From positions 1 through 64,000 of the forward strand of contig KZ538437.1 of the NCBI GenBank assembly GCA_000934665.2: a DNA stretch of 64,000 nucleotides. The letters are read 5' to 3'. The stretch's first letter is position 1. The number at the start of each line of letters is the position of its first letter. The stretch is from Catajapyx aquilonaris. Taxonomy: Eukaryota. A program made the translations under genes and the position numbers. This document shows, piece after piece, positions 36,198-50,444 of this stretch. Under the pieces are notes generated by a model. That model saw only the letters and a program-made list of their open reading frames with translations, was not told the origin of the DNA and ran no database searches.

Positions 36198-37384
36198 CCT
36201 CGGTCATACAACGAAGGATTTTAATACTGTATAGATTATATGTGCATGCAACAATGTCGACATTTAATATTCGCCATTTTGTCCACACAGTGCGTAGGGT
36301 GCCTAATTACTCATACATGAAGCACGTTTTAAAACTTTAATCACATGCCAGCATGTCTTGTAAAGTGTAATCCCGCACATTCGGCACGTCATTAAACTCG
36401 ATCCCCAAAAACCGCAAAAACGCAACCCACGACTATATCCAAAAAGAAACGACGTCATATACACGAAAATGTGAAAACCCACACAAAGTCAACAAAAATA
36501 TTTCAGTGAGACGAACGAAAATTAGCGAGTGACGTCATTACTTTAAATATCGGATTTGAAGTCATAACCTTTCTGGTAATACATTGTTTACGGATGGCTC
36601 TGATGTGATGTTCCTTCCCCATATTTTGGTCGTCGAATCGGACGTACACACAGACAGACCTTGAAACAAGTTTACTTTTCGATCTAATGACACTGGCAGA
36701 ACAGAAAACGTGGCTTACGAGACCTGAATCCCAAATTTTCCAACCCGGATTTTCAGGGTCTCTGTGTAATCCTGTGCCCTGTTTTAAGTCTAAGAAAACT
36801 TCCTCTCTTTATATATTTTTTTGCGACGCACGCGATATCGATTCATATGAGCTTCCCAGTGTTTAAGGTGTTGCCTTAGGGCACCCCGTTTGTATCCCCC
36901 TTTTTTATATACAGTTTAAGCCAGGATGCTTCTAACCCACGTCATTTCCGCCGGAAATCTCGTGTGATGCCCTAGAGACTGGCGAAAAAAGCAGCTCTTT
37001 TTCCATCCAGTTCTTTGAAGTTTGAAGCTATCTACTATAAAAGCGGCTCTGTTACTGTTTGCCTAATTGTTGGCGTTTGATATGATAAATGACGCCTCTC
37101 GACAGGGCCATTGTGTCCATACAAAGAGTGATGAGGGATATCGCAGCTGGAATTAATGCGGTTATGCAATTGCAACCTGTTTTAGGCCCATTGCACAAGG
37201 TCCATTCATGTGGGGTTGAAATGCGATGCAAATTAGTGTCCAACGGGACCAAATGACACCTGTGACGTGAGAACATGGCCTTTAATGTGACGTAATAATA
37301 ATAATATAATATAAAATGAAAAGTTTGTCTGTATGCCCTTCTGGCGCCCCCGCTTTCAAGGCTTTCTAGTAGTTTGAGCGACGT

Positions 37385-37459
37385 TTCCGATTGGCCCGCG
37401 TTTTGCGCCTGCGCAATGGTGGAGGCAGCACCTCTGGTGGGTGACAGGAGGAACTACAG
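37385..37459 (-). repeat. Dispersed ~80-90 bp repeat, copy B
   Basis: Reverse complement reads CTGTAGTTCCTCCTGTCACCCACCAGAGGTGCTGCCTCCACCATTGCGCAGGCGCA..GCCAATCGGAA. Confidence 0.75.
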
Positions 37460-38738
37460 TAGTCTTATACTGCATATAAAAGGAAAGGTTTGTCGGTAAG
37501 TCCCCATAGCAACGGGTTAGCCTACCCATGACCATTTCTACCATTCAATGCCTCAATTCCCGTGCGAAGAACTGCGGTGCGAAGCTACAAGTAGCTGTTG
37601 ATGATGATACAATTATTGATGATTTCCTACTTAATTTAAGGTGACAACAGGCCAACATTGTCATTAATATTGTGATAACCAACCCTGATCAACCAATATT
37701 CAATTTGTCACCTGAGAACTGACCAGCTTCCTTCCTTCCCCCCAAAAAACTGTTGTTAGTCGCTGACAAGCACTTCATCACACACGCTCATTAATTATTG
37801 GCCGGCGCATAATGAGTGTGTTCTCTTTTTGGTCACGGGTGTCGAAAGAGCCTCGAAAAAAACCAGTTGTATGGCCGAAACCCTACAACAACACCATGCT
37901 GTCCTGTCCTGCTGCGTTTTTGACCATGGGTATGGTTGATGGCTCGTTTAATGTTCGACCGTTGAAGATTTAATTGCGCCCGTGGCCTGACACGTACCAT
38001 TGTGCAGCTTATTCATGTTGATTGCGATGGTTTGCCGTCAACTGCATCCGAGTCTCGTGTTGCTGCAACCCGGGGAATAAACGTGTTGTGCCCGTCCCCC
38101 TTCATGTCTGTCGGATGGGGAGCTGTATTGCGGGGGTATAAATTCAAAGGCGCTTGTTGGGGATACGTGGGGAAATTAGATGCTGGAATGAGCATTCAAG
38201 GCGAGTCGCTGGAGTTGGGGGATTAAAGTCGTAAGGTTTGGACCCATGTCAATGCTTAGTTAGAGCAAAATGGTAATAGGCACTGAGATATTCATAATTA
38301 ATTGAAGATGGAATAGGAAAACTGGCTAAGTCCACAGGGGTGGGGGGTCAAAATCACGACTCCTGTTCATTTCTTGTAATTGATATTGGCATCATGACAC
38401 CCTGTGTCGTCTTGTGTTCGCCAAGTGCATCTACCACTCGAGTTTGGTGATCTTACGATGCACCGTGTGGCGTATAGCTCGTTTTCTGTTTCCATAGGTC
38501 AATTTCAGATGCATATTTCCGCCTAAAAAGACACAGGTGAATCACGCAAAAGTGAAGTTTGAAATTTTTGACTCGATGAATCTCCAACCTCGAACAGTGT
38601 AATCCACGAAAACTGACAATGACTAGTGGCAGTTTTATTCAATTACTGAGCCCGTCCCTAGCAGCATTACTCAGCCTGTCAACGCACCTAAATCGCATAA
38701 GTGCTGCATAATGCTTCTCTCTCAGCTAGTAACGTGGT

Positions 38739-38800
38739 TGGGTTCACACGGTTATTTTGATGGTCGTTTCTGTCTTTGGGTTGCCACCTGTGTGAACCCA
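38739..38800. mobile_element. Minimal (62-bp) member of the GGGTTCACAC MITE family
   Basis: TGGGTTCACAC ... GTGTGAACCCA is a perfect 11-bp inverted repeat; the internal GTCGTTTCTGTCTTTG resembles the family subterminal motif. Confidence 0.55.
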
Positions 38801-39512
38801 GCTTTTTATATAATAATTCCTGAGATCTGTTTTCTCTCCACATTCAAGAAACTTGTCTGAAACAGCCGCCTGAATTATTTACGCCTCCTTCATAATTCAA
38901 GACAACAAGTTTCTTGGTTTACATGAACCCTCCGATTCCTCCAAAACAAGAAGAGATGGTGCAGCTGTATACGGAGGTGGTGTTTCCGCCAGAAACTCTC
39001 TTCAAAGTTGGGCCAGTAATTAGCTGGAGGGAAAGTTTCAATCCTGGACTCCGCAAGGAATTTTAATCCCAGACTGAGGGGAGATTGTATATCCATCGAG
39101 ACTGAATTTTGGATTCAATTTTGCGCCACTGCTATGCGCAGATTGAGCTCAAAATTAGTGGAAGGGCCGCGCAGATAACTCACTCTATAGGCAAGGGGCT
39201 TTACTGCATATTTGCTTTTCTATAATGTCGCACTTAGTTCGGCATACGCTGGATGTGGGCGATGTGGTGAAATGCGACGTTTAAAACATGTACGAGCACT
39301 AATTGATGCATTTTCGAGCGATCTGCCATGTAGGCTACTAACAGTAAGTGCCACGAAAAAAATTTTGTTTGAAATTTATAATCTTTCCCTCTGAAAATAA
39401 ATTTTTCTGTCATTTTTACCCAATCCTGTTGATATGAATGACCATTTTGTTTACTATAAATATTTGTGCGCACCACATTTCGTCCAGGTTGTACAGTTGG
39501 AATTATCAGTGA

Positions 39513-39819
39513 CTAGCAGGATACCCGGCGTTGCTCGGGTTATGAAATATTTTTCCATAGGAGTAACTCATTGATGTAACAGCGTCAAAAATGACTCCAT
39601 TTACATGGAGTAACAATAAAGGGTAGCTATAGGCCTGGTTTTCTACCTTATCGCCTCCTGCGGCCAAGGATGACCTCGGAGGTCAAGTACAATGTGCTAA
39701 AAACCTTCCCCGTTAAAAACTACCCCTAATGATCACCCTGGGGCATATGTCGAGACTTCCGTATGGATTTGCATCGGGAACGTACAGACATTACGTCTTG
39801 AAATATACACATAATTTGA
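39513..39819 (-). mobile_element. Non-autonomous Helitron-like element
   Basis: Plus-strand A|CTAG-CAGGATA-CCCGGCGTTGCTCGGG corresponds to a - strand 3' hairpin followed by CTAG|T. The other end is approximate (ACAGACA...ATATAC...GAT). Confidence 0.6.
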
Positions 39820-42800
39820 TTGGCAAAAACTGTTGAAACTACATATTTTTCTTAGAAATGTTTTTTTTCTAGTCCTGTGTGAATTATTATGACTGTTTTG
39901 TTTAGCAAAAAATTGTGACTAGGATTGGACCTAAAGGTTCAAGTCGCAATGCAGTTTCATCCGTTTATAACACTTGTAAAAACATGCGCCAGGCAAATTA
40001 AATATCTAGCACTTGCCCTCCGGAACTGGTATGACGAGGGGTGTTTAAAGCAGAGTTGCATTTTTCATTTGTAGTTCGGACTTCTAATTACCATCGCTAA
40101 GTGGCGTACCGGTGTGGGCCAAAATCTGGCCAAAAGGGGGCGCAGGGCCATGAAAAGTACTGCAGCAAAACGCTGATTAGCAAAAAAAGAGAAAAAAAAG
40201 CTCGGAGATTTTCATTGGTGTGTTGCATTAGATTACGGTTTGGTTACTATTCACATACTTTTTTGCAGTAAAAATGCGAAAAATTAACTTGAGCTCAAAT
40301 TAAGCTTGAAGCTGCATGGAAGCTAAATTGCCCAGACGAGGGGTGAGAACTACAAGGTTGTAACTACTGTACATATGATTTTCATTGCAGTTACACGCTT
40401 GTAATTTATTATTCTCATCCATCGCAGAGTAATTTACAGTATATTAATTTAAAGAGTATTTACTACAACTTACACACAACTTTAACTAATGCGTTACAAA
40501 TTTGAGTCGACAGGTGGTTTTACCCTGGTAAAGCCATGGACTTTGGGACTAGCCTTGTGGGTATGCAAAGCAGCAAGTGAGTTTACGCTATTCCCCCAGG
40601 AGATATTAAAGGTTTACGACGGATGCGTGTGAGGTACACACGTACATGACTCATGCATGCGTATATTCTAATGAGAGACGCTCAGGACTATGCATACTGC
40701 GTAACACACAGTAAGTACAGGCCGGTACAGGCTGTAATGTCATCATAGTGTGGTGCTTTCAATGCAAAGCATTTCAGGGAATACGATATTGCAATAGTTC
40801 CAACTATTATTCACATGCATTTGCAGTGTTGCCGCATTGTGCAACCAGCATTATTTTTGTAATATTCCATAACATTTTTCCGACAGTTTTTACATTATTC
40901 CCGACATCTAGCTGTACATTTTCTGACTATAAATTGACGCCCTTTGTCAGGCCATAGTTTGGGACCAGCTTAATCCGCCCTGTTTCTGAATACGACCCGC
41001 CATTTGTGTAGAAACCGAGCGCTTCTAACTGCGGTGCAGTTTTGTAAAGGTCCTCTTGTTTACAGTAAACCTTCCACCAAAGTTGGGAACAAACCAAAAG
41101 AATCCGAGGGTCCTCTTTTTTTTGAAACTCTTTTTGTGTTCCTTTCTGCTGGTGCTTCATGCCCCTCATTTGGTCCCTTTCCCTGAACATCCGGGTTGCA
41201 CACCAACCCCCGCCTGTTCCATTAGCTGTTATTACCCCTCACAAACTCACGAATCTCGTCAGTTTGAGGTAAACGGTCCGAGGATCAGGTCTACCGCTGG
41301 GGGCTCTGGCTATCATTCCATGGGACCCCAGCACATCCTATAGAGAGCACAGGAGGAAATTGGAGTGGGCCAAATTTCTGCCAAATCGCCATACTTTTTG
41401 GTATAGCCTCCAGCACTACAAAACCTTGTATCGCAAACAGGGTGAGCCAGAAATGAGGTCGCCTTGGCCTCAAATAAGTCTGAATATTTCTGGAAAATAC
41501 TAGTGAACAAGTTGGCAAAATTGGTGAATGTGAGATGGCCCTCCAATTTACCATCTAGTAGTTTTCTTCAGGCGTAGATGGCGCACCCTACCTAAGCAGA
41601 CCCCCGCCATCCACAGGTCGTGCGAGAGATATCGCCATATCGGTACTATCAGCACAAACATACGACAGAGAAAATAAGCCTATTAAGAATAAGATATTAA
41701 AACTGCGTCTCTTCCAATGGGCAAATTGTCTCTGGGGCAATGTCAAATACGTATTTAGAATTGTTTTTGGCCATCATGAATAAAGTGCAGTTTAGACTCA
41801 CCCTGTACATGAGCTAGGGCAAAAAGACGCCGAGTGACGATTTTAGCCTGGAAGGTGTCATTTTTCTCGCGGCGACTTTTTACGAGCGAAAATTTCAACG
41901 CTTTACGACATTCCAAAGTTGTTTCGAACTTTTTTTTTCTGAGTAAAAAAAACGGGAGTTACACCAGGACGCAAATCAGTCGTATTTTCCACGCCACTTT
42001 TGAAATGAGAGGCTATTTTTAAAAAAACTTTGTAAAAAATGTTAGGGCGTGTAATTGGAACTGTGGGACGTGTAAGCTGCGGCGGTGAAAAATTGCCCTG
42101 ACGGGGGGGAAACCCCGCGAGTAAACAATGAAACAGTACCGCGGGTGGTATGAATAACGCACCTTTTTTTGCAATTGTTTGGTTGTTTGCGTGGCGGACG
42201 ACATGTAGGGTAGTTTTCAGGAGCAGGTGCCGCTTTACAGAGGTGGGCTTTTTTTCCCAGCAAATTTATGCTTACAAAAGTGGAGGCTAATTAAAGTACT
42301 GATGGCCAGTTTTTTGCCATAGGTGCTGTGATGTAAGTCAACATTTTAACTGCTATAGCTCAGATGAAGAAGTATTACAGCGTAGCAGAAGTCAACAATT
42401 TTGATCTGATTAGAAATATAAACTGTGAAGAAATTTATCAAGGAATTGGAATTGACCATTTTATGATTAAATGAAAGACTATGTGTGGAATTTTCGTCCC
42501 ACTGCTAGTTGTTGCTTAGTTAGTAGCGGTTAGCAGTAACTAGCAGTGGTACAAAAATTCCACCATAATTATATTGTGTGCGTTACAGGCCCAATAGGCT
42601 ACAGCAGAAAATAATACTGATGATGTACAGTAAAATGAAATATTAATTTCTTTTTTATATGTGGTTATTCTAAATTTTAAAAGCTTTTTCTTAGGTCTAC
42701 TACATTTCATTTTTATTGAGTATGTCGCTCTTCATCATTCGTCACTGACTTATAGGCTTAGAGGTAAATGGGATGTATGTGCCATCGGATAAGTAGGTCT

Positions 42801-45387
42801 ATAAGTAATAAAAGAATAAATAAAAATCAATTTAAAACCAAAATATTACAATAGGAAGAAATAATAATAATAACCAATATAAATAGGTAAAATTAGTAAG
42901 TATTAGTAAATAAAATTACAAGAACATAAAAACAATGAGAATGAACAATAAATCAAATAAATACCGTAAGGCTAACGCTTCTCTTTATCATCAATCGTTA
43001 GCCAATCACCGATGTACTGTCCACGTGACCTGTTACGTCACCTTTCCCCTCGATGCAACGTTGCCGTGCCATCACCTACTAAAATCTGGCAACGTCGCAT
43101 CCTGCAACCATCCACGTTTCGACCTTCATTCCCACGGAATTGCACCCCGATTCCAAAAGTGAGAAACGAGAGGTTTGGCAAAAGCTACAAGTTTAAGTAC
43201 CTCCCCCCCCCCTTTCCCCTCCACCTCCTCTCTCTCTCCTAAGGGAGAAGTAATTCGGCCGGACATTTTTATTTCGCCTGGATTGGAAATATGGCGGCCA
43301 TTAAGATTGGAATTCAAGCTCCCGGAATGGAGTAAGGTTTACCAAGTTTTTCTATACCACCTCTACCATTCCCCCCATCAGCTCTAATGAAGTGCTTGAT
43401 TCGCTCTTTCCAAAATTTCTAATTACTGCATGCAGAGTAGCTCCAGCTTTTCCAAGGAGGGGGGGGGGNCCAAGGAGGGGGGGGGGGGGAGTTTCTTTCC
43501 CCGCATTTTCCTGTCTACAATTTTAAAACCGTTTCCTCCTTAAAACTGGAGACGGAGTAACAAAGTCAATAATTGCAACCCTGTGCATTTTCCTTTCCGG
43601 ACGGATTATCTAAGGATTAGTCCGAATTCAGCTTCTGATAAGGTGTAGTTTTTTTTTCTCTCTCTCTCTTTCTTCCAACTATCGTCCTTTCTTCTTAGGA
43701 GAAAAGACAGTTCCGTCGAGAAAAATTTGCAACTTGGGGAACATTTTGGCGCTACGTGGCCCTCCTCGTTTTCTCTACGGCTCAGCACAAATTCGGCGTT
43801 TGCTTCCAGGTCCCAAAAGTCGCCATTTGGAGCTCGCTTATTAGGCGGACTTCGAATGGATAAATTTGATCTGGAGGAGGGGATAAAAAGGACGAGAGAA
43901 TAAAAGGCGACAATTTGTTCTAACAATGGAACTAAATAGAGCCCATTGTTCGAAAGACAGTATTGTGCAAATCAGTCGTAAGAATTAGAGAGGACCTAAT
44001 AAAGTTATGAGAGTTGCAATTGTACAGGACGATTGCAAACTTAATATATTGTCGTGAATGACAATATTTTAAAACTGGCTATCAAAAAAATATTTACGCA
44101 CACATTTGAATCAATGCTGACCACACAACAAACTGAATTTTCAATGAACGTGTACTGTAGTTAAATTAATATTGAAGAAATTGCGCTTTTTCCAAACAAA
44201 ATTTTAATATTTTCATGGAATAATTTATGGAAATTAATTTTTTTCGAGAAAGCATTATTAAGAATATTGTGACGATAAAAATGATGGACTATAATGTGAT
44301 AAGGTGTGACCGAATCTAACTACAAGTACATAGAGATATCCCAAAAACCGTAACATCACTTTTTCCGTGCCAATTTACAATATTTGAAGTCTAAATCTTC
44401 CTCTAACTACAAATCCACCTAACAATGCCGTGCAACATGCAACCCCATATACCCCCAGCCATATCCCAAGTAAATTTAGTTCAGACAGTCACGCGACAAC
44501 ATGATACCTATAGATTTTTTTAAAAACAGCAAGGAAGAGGCATTACCTGGTACGCAACACTGGCAAAATTCCAGCTAATTGTTACATCCAGTACTGGGAA
44601 AGCGTCAAAAGTTACAAGCTCACCTAATGTTGTTACATTTTTTTTAAAAACCCCTTGGGAAAAGCTGGAGGGCACCTATGCTATGGTGGCAGAAATATTT
44701 TTTTTCCAGCATCACCCACCCAACACCACTAACCACCGTAAATGGTGTTGTCCCGATGGCGTTTATAACCGACGGTCCACTGGGTTTGAGCCAGAATGTA
44801 CGTGCATTTTAGAGCATTCATCGCATGGAAAAACTCTCTATGGAGCTTCCACATAAAAAAAAGGAGGCGCATGTCTTTTTGTGATGATGTGAATTATATT
44901 TGGTCAGTTGACTTCACAAGCCCGCTCTTTGTGCACGCCAAAATTGTTTTGCAAAAAAAAAATTTGCACGCGAGAATAACCATGGCACTTTCCAGGCAAA
45001 CTGGAGGAAATCCTGGAAAAAATGAGGATTTCAGAACATTCGTCTTCATTACCAGGCTAAGCCCAGTAGTGTAAGCGATTATTGTGGCATGAAACTAAAT
45101 GATGGGGGTAACCGTTATGGCGACGGATTGTTGCGGTGTGTTCGGCTCAATTTGAAAAATCGAGCGAGAGCAACTTGTGATGTAACTTTCTGGTTAAACT
45201 GTATCGGACGAAAAAAAATTACATGTTGCGGAATAGATATGGTCGATCAATTGTTATGGAAACACTGTACAGTATATATACCTGCAACGTTTCACATGAA
45301 GCAAATAGGGTTGGTTTCACACCTGATGATGTAACGCAATTACAAGTAATTTGCATGGGCGAATAAGATAAATCTGATTGGACACAA

Positions 45388-45460
45388 CAGTAAAATCTCG
45401 ATATAACGCTCTTCAAGGGACCGACCAAAAGTAGCGTTATAAGCGGGATTGGTTTTACTG
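45388..45460. mobile_element. pogo/Tigger-like mini-MITE relic
   Basis: CAGTAAAATCTCGATATAACGCT ... AGCGTTATAAGCGGGATTGGTTTTACTG form an imperfect inverted repeat with CAGT termini. Confidence 0.55.
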
Positions 45461-48400
45461 CAATTGCACTAAGAGTTTGTAATGCGAAATTGCACTCATT
45501 CTTATACCCAAACAGCTGTACTTGCTTAATTGATATGGCGTCCAATCAATACCTAAACACATCCGGAGGCAATGATAGTTGATTCTGACATTTGTTTGAA
45601 TGGCAACAATATCCGATATGGAGCTTCCGCCTAAAACCACCCACTTATATACGCGTTTGCCCGTATTACCATATCGATTTACTTGTCATATAAATTAACT
45701 TTCACACTATTTCCAATTTACAGCAATCGCAATCGCAAAAACCCTCCCACTTGTAGCCGTCAAACCACGCAATTGACTACCAGTTGTTATTATTCATTAC
45801 CCTCATTACAGCCATACCTGAATGAGAAATCCCAGAAATAGGTCGCAACCTACACAGATAATAAACGTAGGTGTATGACGTAAGTGTGCATGTAATTGAT
45901 GCCTAGATACTTTGAAATTTAATAATGATATTACGTCACTGCACTGCTCCCATTATTTTGAATCCCATATTTGAATATGTACGCGCAACAATTAGTTACG
46001 TAAGCTTCGTCCTATATTAAGCAACATAAATTACTGCAGACACGCAATATCCGGCACTAGAAACACTTCCACTATTACTTAATTACAACTGGCATCGCAC
46101 TGTCCAGCAGTTTTTTCCCCCTCCCACAATTTATTTCTTCAACAATCGCCCAGAAGGGTCATTCGCTTAACTCGTTAAAAACCTCTAGTACCAAGCACTT
46201 GTTCAACCCCACCAAAAATTTATCCCCAGGCCCTGGGTGTCGCCTGTAATTATGCCCATAAATTCAACCCTTTCCCCCAGATGAATACTTGCCTGCTGGA
46301 TGCTACAGGTGGAGCCAAAGGATCAGCCCAAAATCCGCCGACTCTCGACGTAACACGTGTGATCCCTTGACATCTCCCAAAAAAATCTGATCCGATAGAA
46401 ATTTTTTTCACAAATATTAGAGATCAAAAAATATTTTTTAAGCCTCAAAATTTGATATGGCAGGGTTGTTTACACAGCACTGGAACTGCTGGTCCGGACA
46501 TGTAAAAGTTGATAATAATTAAAAGCATTAGCACATTTTTGCAGTTTTTTTAAGTGGCAATTAGTTACGATCAGCCAGGTGGCAACTGATTATAATGTAT
46601 ACAGCATTGTTCAATTAGATTCTGTCAGGTTCTGTCATTGTTCAAACTATTTACACTGATACAGTACCGAACCTGGTTCAGTTCCGTGTAAACGACCCTT
46701 TTTTTCCCCAACTTTTGCGTTCAATCTACGTCGTGTTGGACAAAAGGTCAGTTTCTGTGGTCAGCTCACCGATGGGGTTCAAATGTCGTTGGGCACCCGC
46801 ACTGTCCGACGTTTCCCCGCCAACTGCACGGCGTGAACGGAGCTCTAGTCCCCTCCACCTCTTTCCCACCGTTACCACGCCGACGCTGATCGACACTTGG
46901 GTTTTGGGGGAGGTCGGACGACGATGACGCCGACACACACATGCTCTATGGCGTCGTTAGTTGGGGGTCGCAGGGGGACAGGTACGACCTTTTGGAGCAA
47001 AGAGGGGAACGTACGTGGTCAGCAGGTTAGGCCCCTTTGAACTATGAACGATTGATATAGATACGAATTTCGTACACGTCAATATAATTGGTATGTCCAG
47101 ATGTCCGCGGTGAGTCATCAGTTAGGTGCACAGACGCGCCATCTACGTTGACAGTGTTGCCACTACTAGTCTTGTAAACAGTAGCATCTGTACAGTAATG
47201 ATAATCCATATTGCTGATAATATGAGGTGCCACTCTTTAAAAGAGCTTTTGTACAGTCATTCCCGCAAAAACATTTATCTACCTACTATAAACAGTTGAA
47301 TATTTTTACTCCAAACAGTTTCCGTTTTTTACTGCTCCGTACATGTACTCATGGGGTACAGTACTGTAGGGTATAGACTGCAAAGCAATATGGTGGTCCC
47401 TACTTTTATAGCTCTGTATATGAATTATTCATTAGTTTAAGTAAATTGTGAAGCGTGATTATGAGAGAGCTGTTTATTCATCAACATGGGCTTTATTGTG
47501 ACTTGCAGATTCGTAGTGTGTGTTTCATTATATTTACTACGTATATGAATGCTGAATTGGGCTTTACAGGGGATGTGATCTAGAGAAGAGCACAGGTGAA
47601 AATTACACTGTCACGTTTTGCATGCTAAAACTATGAACGAGTGGGCGAGACCTGAGTACTTTGGCTATAGGCCTATAGGGAAAAAATGTAGAAGCTACTG
47701 TACGTCAATAAAAAGTTTTAAACAATCCTTGAAGATGAAATTTCTCAACTTTATTGATCATTGACAGAAACTTCGTTAACACCAATCAATTTTAAAGACA
47801 TTAAACTTTCCACTCTCGAAAATTTTCAGCACTTTCTTTGCTATATGCTACAGGGTTCAAGATGTTATTTCAAATATTTCATAACTATACAGTGAAATGT
47901 CTTAAAGCTGGCAAAGGAAATTTCCGGCCATTGTTTTAGCCGGAGCTTTGGGCCCAGAGATACCAAACTTTACATGCTGGTAGTAACTCATGATAAGGAG
48001 ACGGTTACATGGAAGGGCAGGGAAAGTACGGCAAATTTAATGCTATTTTATTCCCTATAATGCTCTATTTTTGGTAAGCCTGTTTCGTTGCTTATCAATT
48101 ATTTTTGTTGAACCTTGTAACGAGGGCTGAAGATAAGACTCTTTATCCAAACAACTCAACCTAAAATTGTCGGCTATACAAATTAATTTAAGGCGTCAGA
48201 ACTTCATGAATGTGGACACAACAAAAACTACTGTACTTCATTAGGCTTGCTGCTTGACATGAGTATGCTGTAAAAACCGTCGGTTTTAACTATGTTGTTA
48301 CAGTTTATTGCGAACTACCAAGCTTACAAAACAGTGCAAATGACGTTCCTGCAGCATAATATTGTCAGTTTGTTGCTTTAAAATATTTATAGTTACTGTA

Positions 48401-48556
48401 GCCACAGTTACGGCTATTTTGTCGAAATCACCAGTACTTTATTCTCTCCAGGATACTGCACTGCCCAATAAGGATTTAATGTAAAAACCGATTGCTAACT
48501 CCAGCAACGTGCTTTTAAAAACAATCCCTAACGTCTTCACAATAATGTGACTTGGC

Positions 48557-48681
48557 CAGGCGCGGATCCAGAAATGTTTTCAGGGGGGGGGGGGNNNNNN
48601 NNNNNNNNNNNNNNNNNNNNNNNNNNNNNNNNNNNNNNNNNNNNNNNNNCCCCCCCCCCCCCCCCCCTGGATCCGCGCCTG
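48557..48681. mobile_element. hAT-type non-autonomous element with perfect 15-bp TIRs and 8-bp TSD (interior contains an assembly gap)
   Basis: GACTTGGC|CAGGCGCGGATCCAG...poly-G, N gap (48595-48649), poly-C...CTGGATCCGCGCCTG|GACTTGGC. Confidence 0.9.
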
Positions 48682-49439
48682 GACTTGGCCATTTGCAGGG
48701 CTTGTTATAGTATTCTTTTGATAAAGTCTTTGAGGCTGATGATGTCCTACTCTGTAGAAATGCGCAATACTTTCTTCACTAGTAGAAGGCCACGTTAATT
48801 ATTACTGAGCTCGTTTCTTTCGAAGTGCAGGCTTACACTTCATAATTCTTGCAAAAGACAGAATCATTAAAAGCCCTTTTTATATGACTTACAGTACATC
48901 AAGACACTACATGCATACTACAGGCCAATTAAAGTATAATTGAAGGTCATTTATTTCATACGTCAGGTGCGTATCATATGATGTACCCTGGACAAATGTT
49001 TAAATTTTAAAATGTGGCACAGGTTGTCGCATGAATATGTGAAAATTTAACAGAGTGTTTGCAATAATAGTTATTATTTTCGTCCTTATGATTGTGCTTT
49101 CATCGCTCGTGAATTTAATTTAGATCGCATGAAAATTATCAGTTGAAATCATCGCTCCTAATAATTATCATGTCAAATCCAACTGATCAATCGGTGTCGA
49201 ACGTCCGGCTCCATTACGACGCAACAAAAAATGCATGTAACGAGATTTAAAACCGTCCCTAAATCGATCACATATTTATGCAGCAGCAAAACCTTTAATT
49301 CATTAATCCGCAGACCCCTGTTTTAACACGACGCATAATTAACGCCCCGTTTTGTTCAGTATTTTCCATCCTCGCCGGTACACCATGTTGCGTGTACCCC
49401 CTAACATATACTGCGAGTAAATTAAAAACACGAATCTAC

Positions 49440-49483
49440 TACAAGGTGTTCTGTGAAAAATGTTTTTGATGGTACACCCTGTA
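49440..49483. mobile_element. Very short CAGGGTG-family MITE remnant
   Basis: TACAAGGTGT ... ACACCCTGTA, spanning 44 bp. Confidence 0.4.
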
Positions 49484-50444
49484 CATAACAACTAGGAAAA
49501 TGTGATGCATAAAAGTTACGGTTCTCGTGGAGTGTTCTGGGGTATAGTAAATGCGATAGTACGTCTGCGGCGGACACGCTTTTGTTACTGGGGAAATGCG
49601 GACTCGTTAATTAAGTGCCACATACAGTACACAGTCCCCGTGACGGTGTGTCATTGCCATCCGATGCTTTTCCGAGGAAATGAGAATGACTTCGGAAACC
49701 ATTCACAACAGGATAACATGGCTTCTCATTATGGGGTTTTAGACCAGGGTTTTTTTTTGTCAGGAAAATTATCTTCAAATTTGTAGAATTTTCATGCAAC
49801 TTGTATTGTCGAACCACTTCCATTGTAAACCATGTCCTGACCATTACTCCAGAATTGCATGTGACGACAGCTCCTATCTCCGCCACACCATTGCATTGTC
49901 GACCGTCTGACACAATAGTGACAGGTCACGTCAAGAACAAAAATCGCCAAAATTGGCCAGCCCCCCCGCCCGCCACCACCATAATAAGACCCAATGCAGC
50001 ACAAAGGAGGCAATCCCTGAGTCATGGCACGGAAATGAGTCTTCCAATCTCGTTACACGTCAGGAACCACGTTTCGAGGTTTTGCAACGCTTTGAAAAAG
50101 AGCAAACCTTATGAGGAAAAAACCCGTTCTTCCTTCCCATCTAAGACGAGGCGCTCTTAAAACAAAATTAGGGCTCGAGCAATTTGTCCCACGACTGTGC
50201 ATGCGGAATCTAAGGAAAATCTCCAACCCCCGGGTCCAGAACTGAATTATTTTACCTCTTTGAAGGTCCCCGTCTTTATGCCTTGACGTTGTTTTGCTAA
50301 TGGAATTTCTCTCTGGACTAGGGGAAAGCAGCTAGATTGGACGTCTTTTGCGGCCATGTCAAGGGGAAGGGTCCCTGCAGGCCGGTTACTCTCGTCTGAG
50401 TCGCGGTTTGGGCGACACGTGTGAAGGTGAAGGCCCAAAATGGC

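Noticed and set aside
43451..43490. Direct repeat CCAAGGAG+poly-G on either side of a single N
   Set aside because: Most likely an unmerged contig overlap at a homopolymer, i.e. an assembly artefact. Similar Ns occur in G/C runs near 4965 and 58799.
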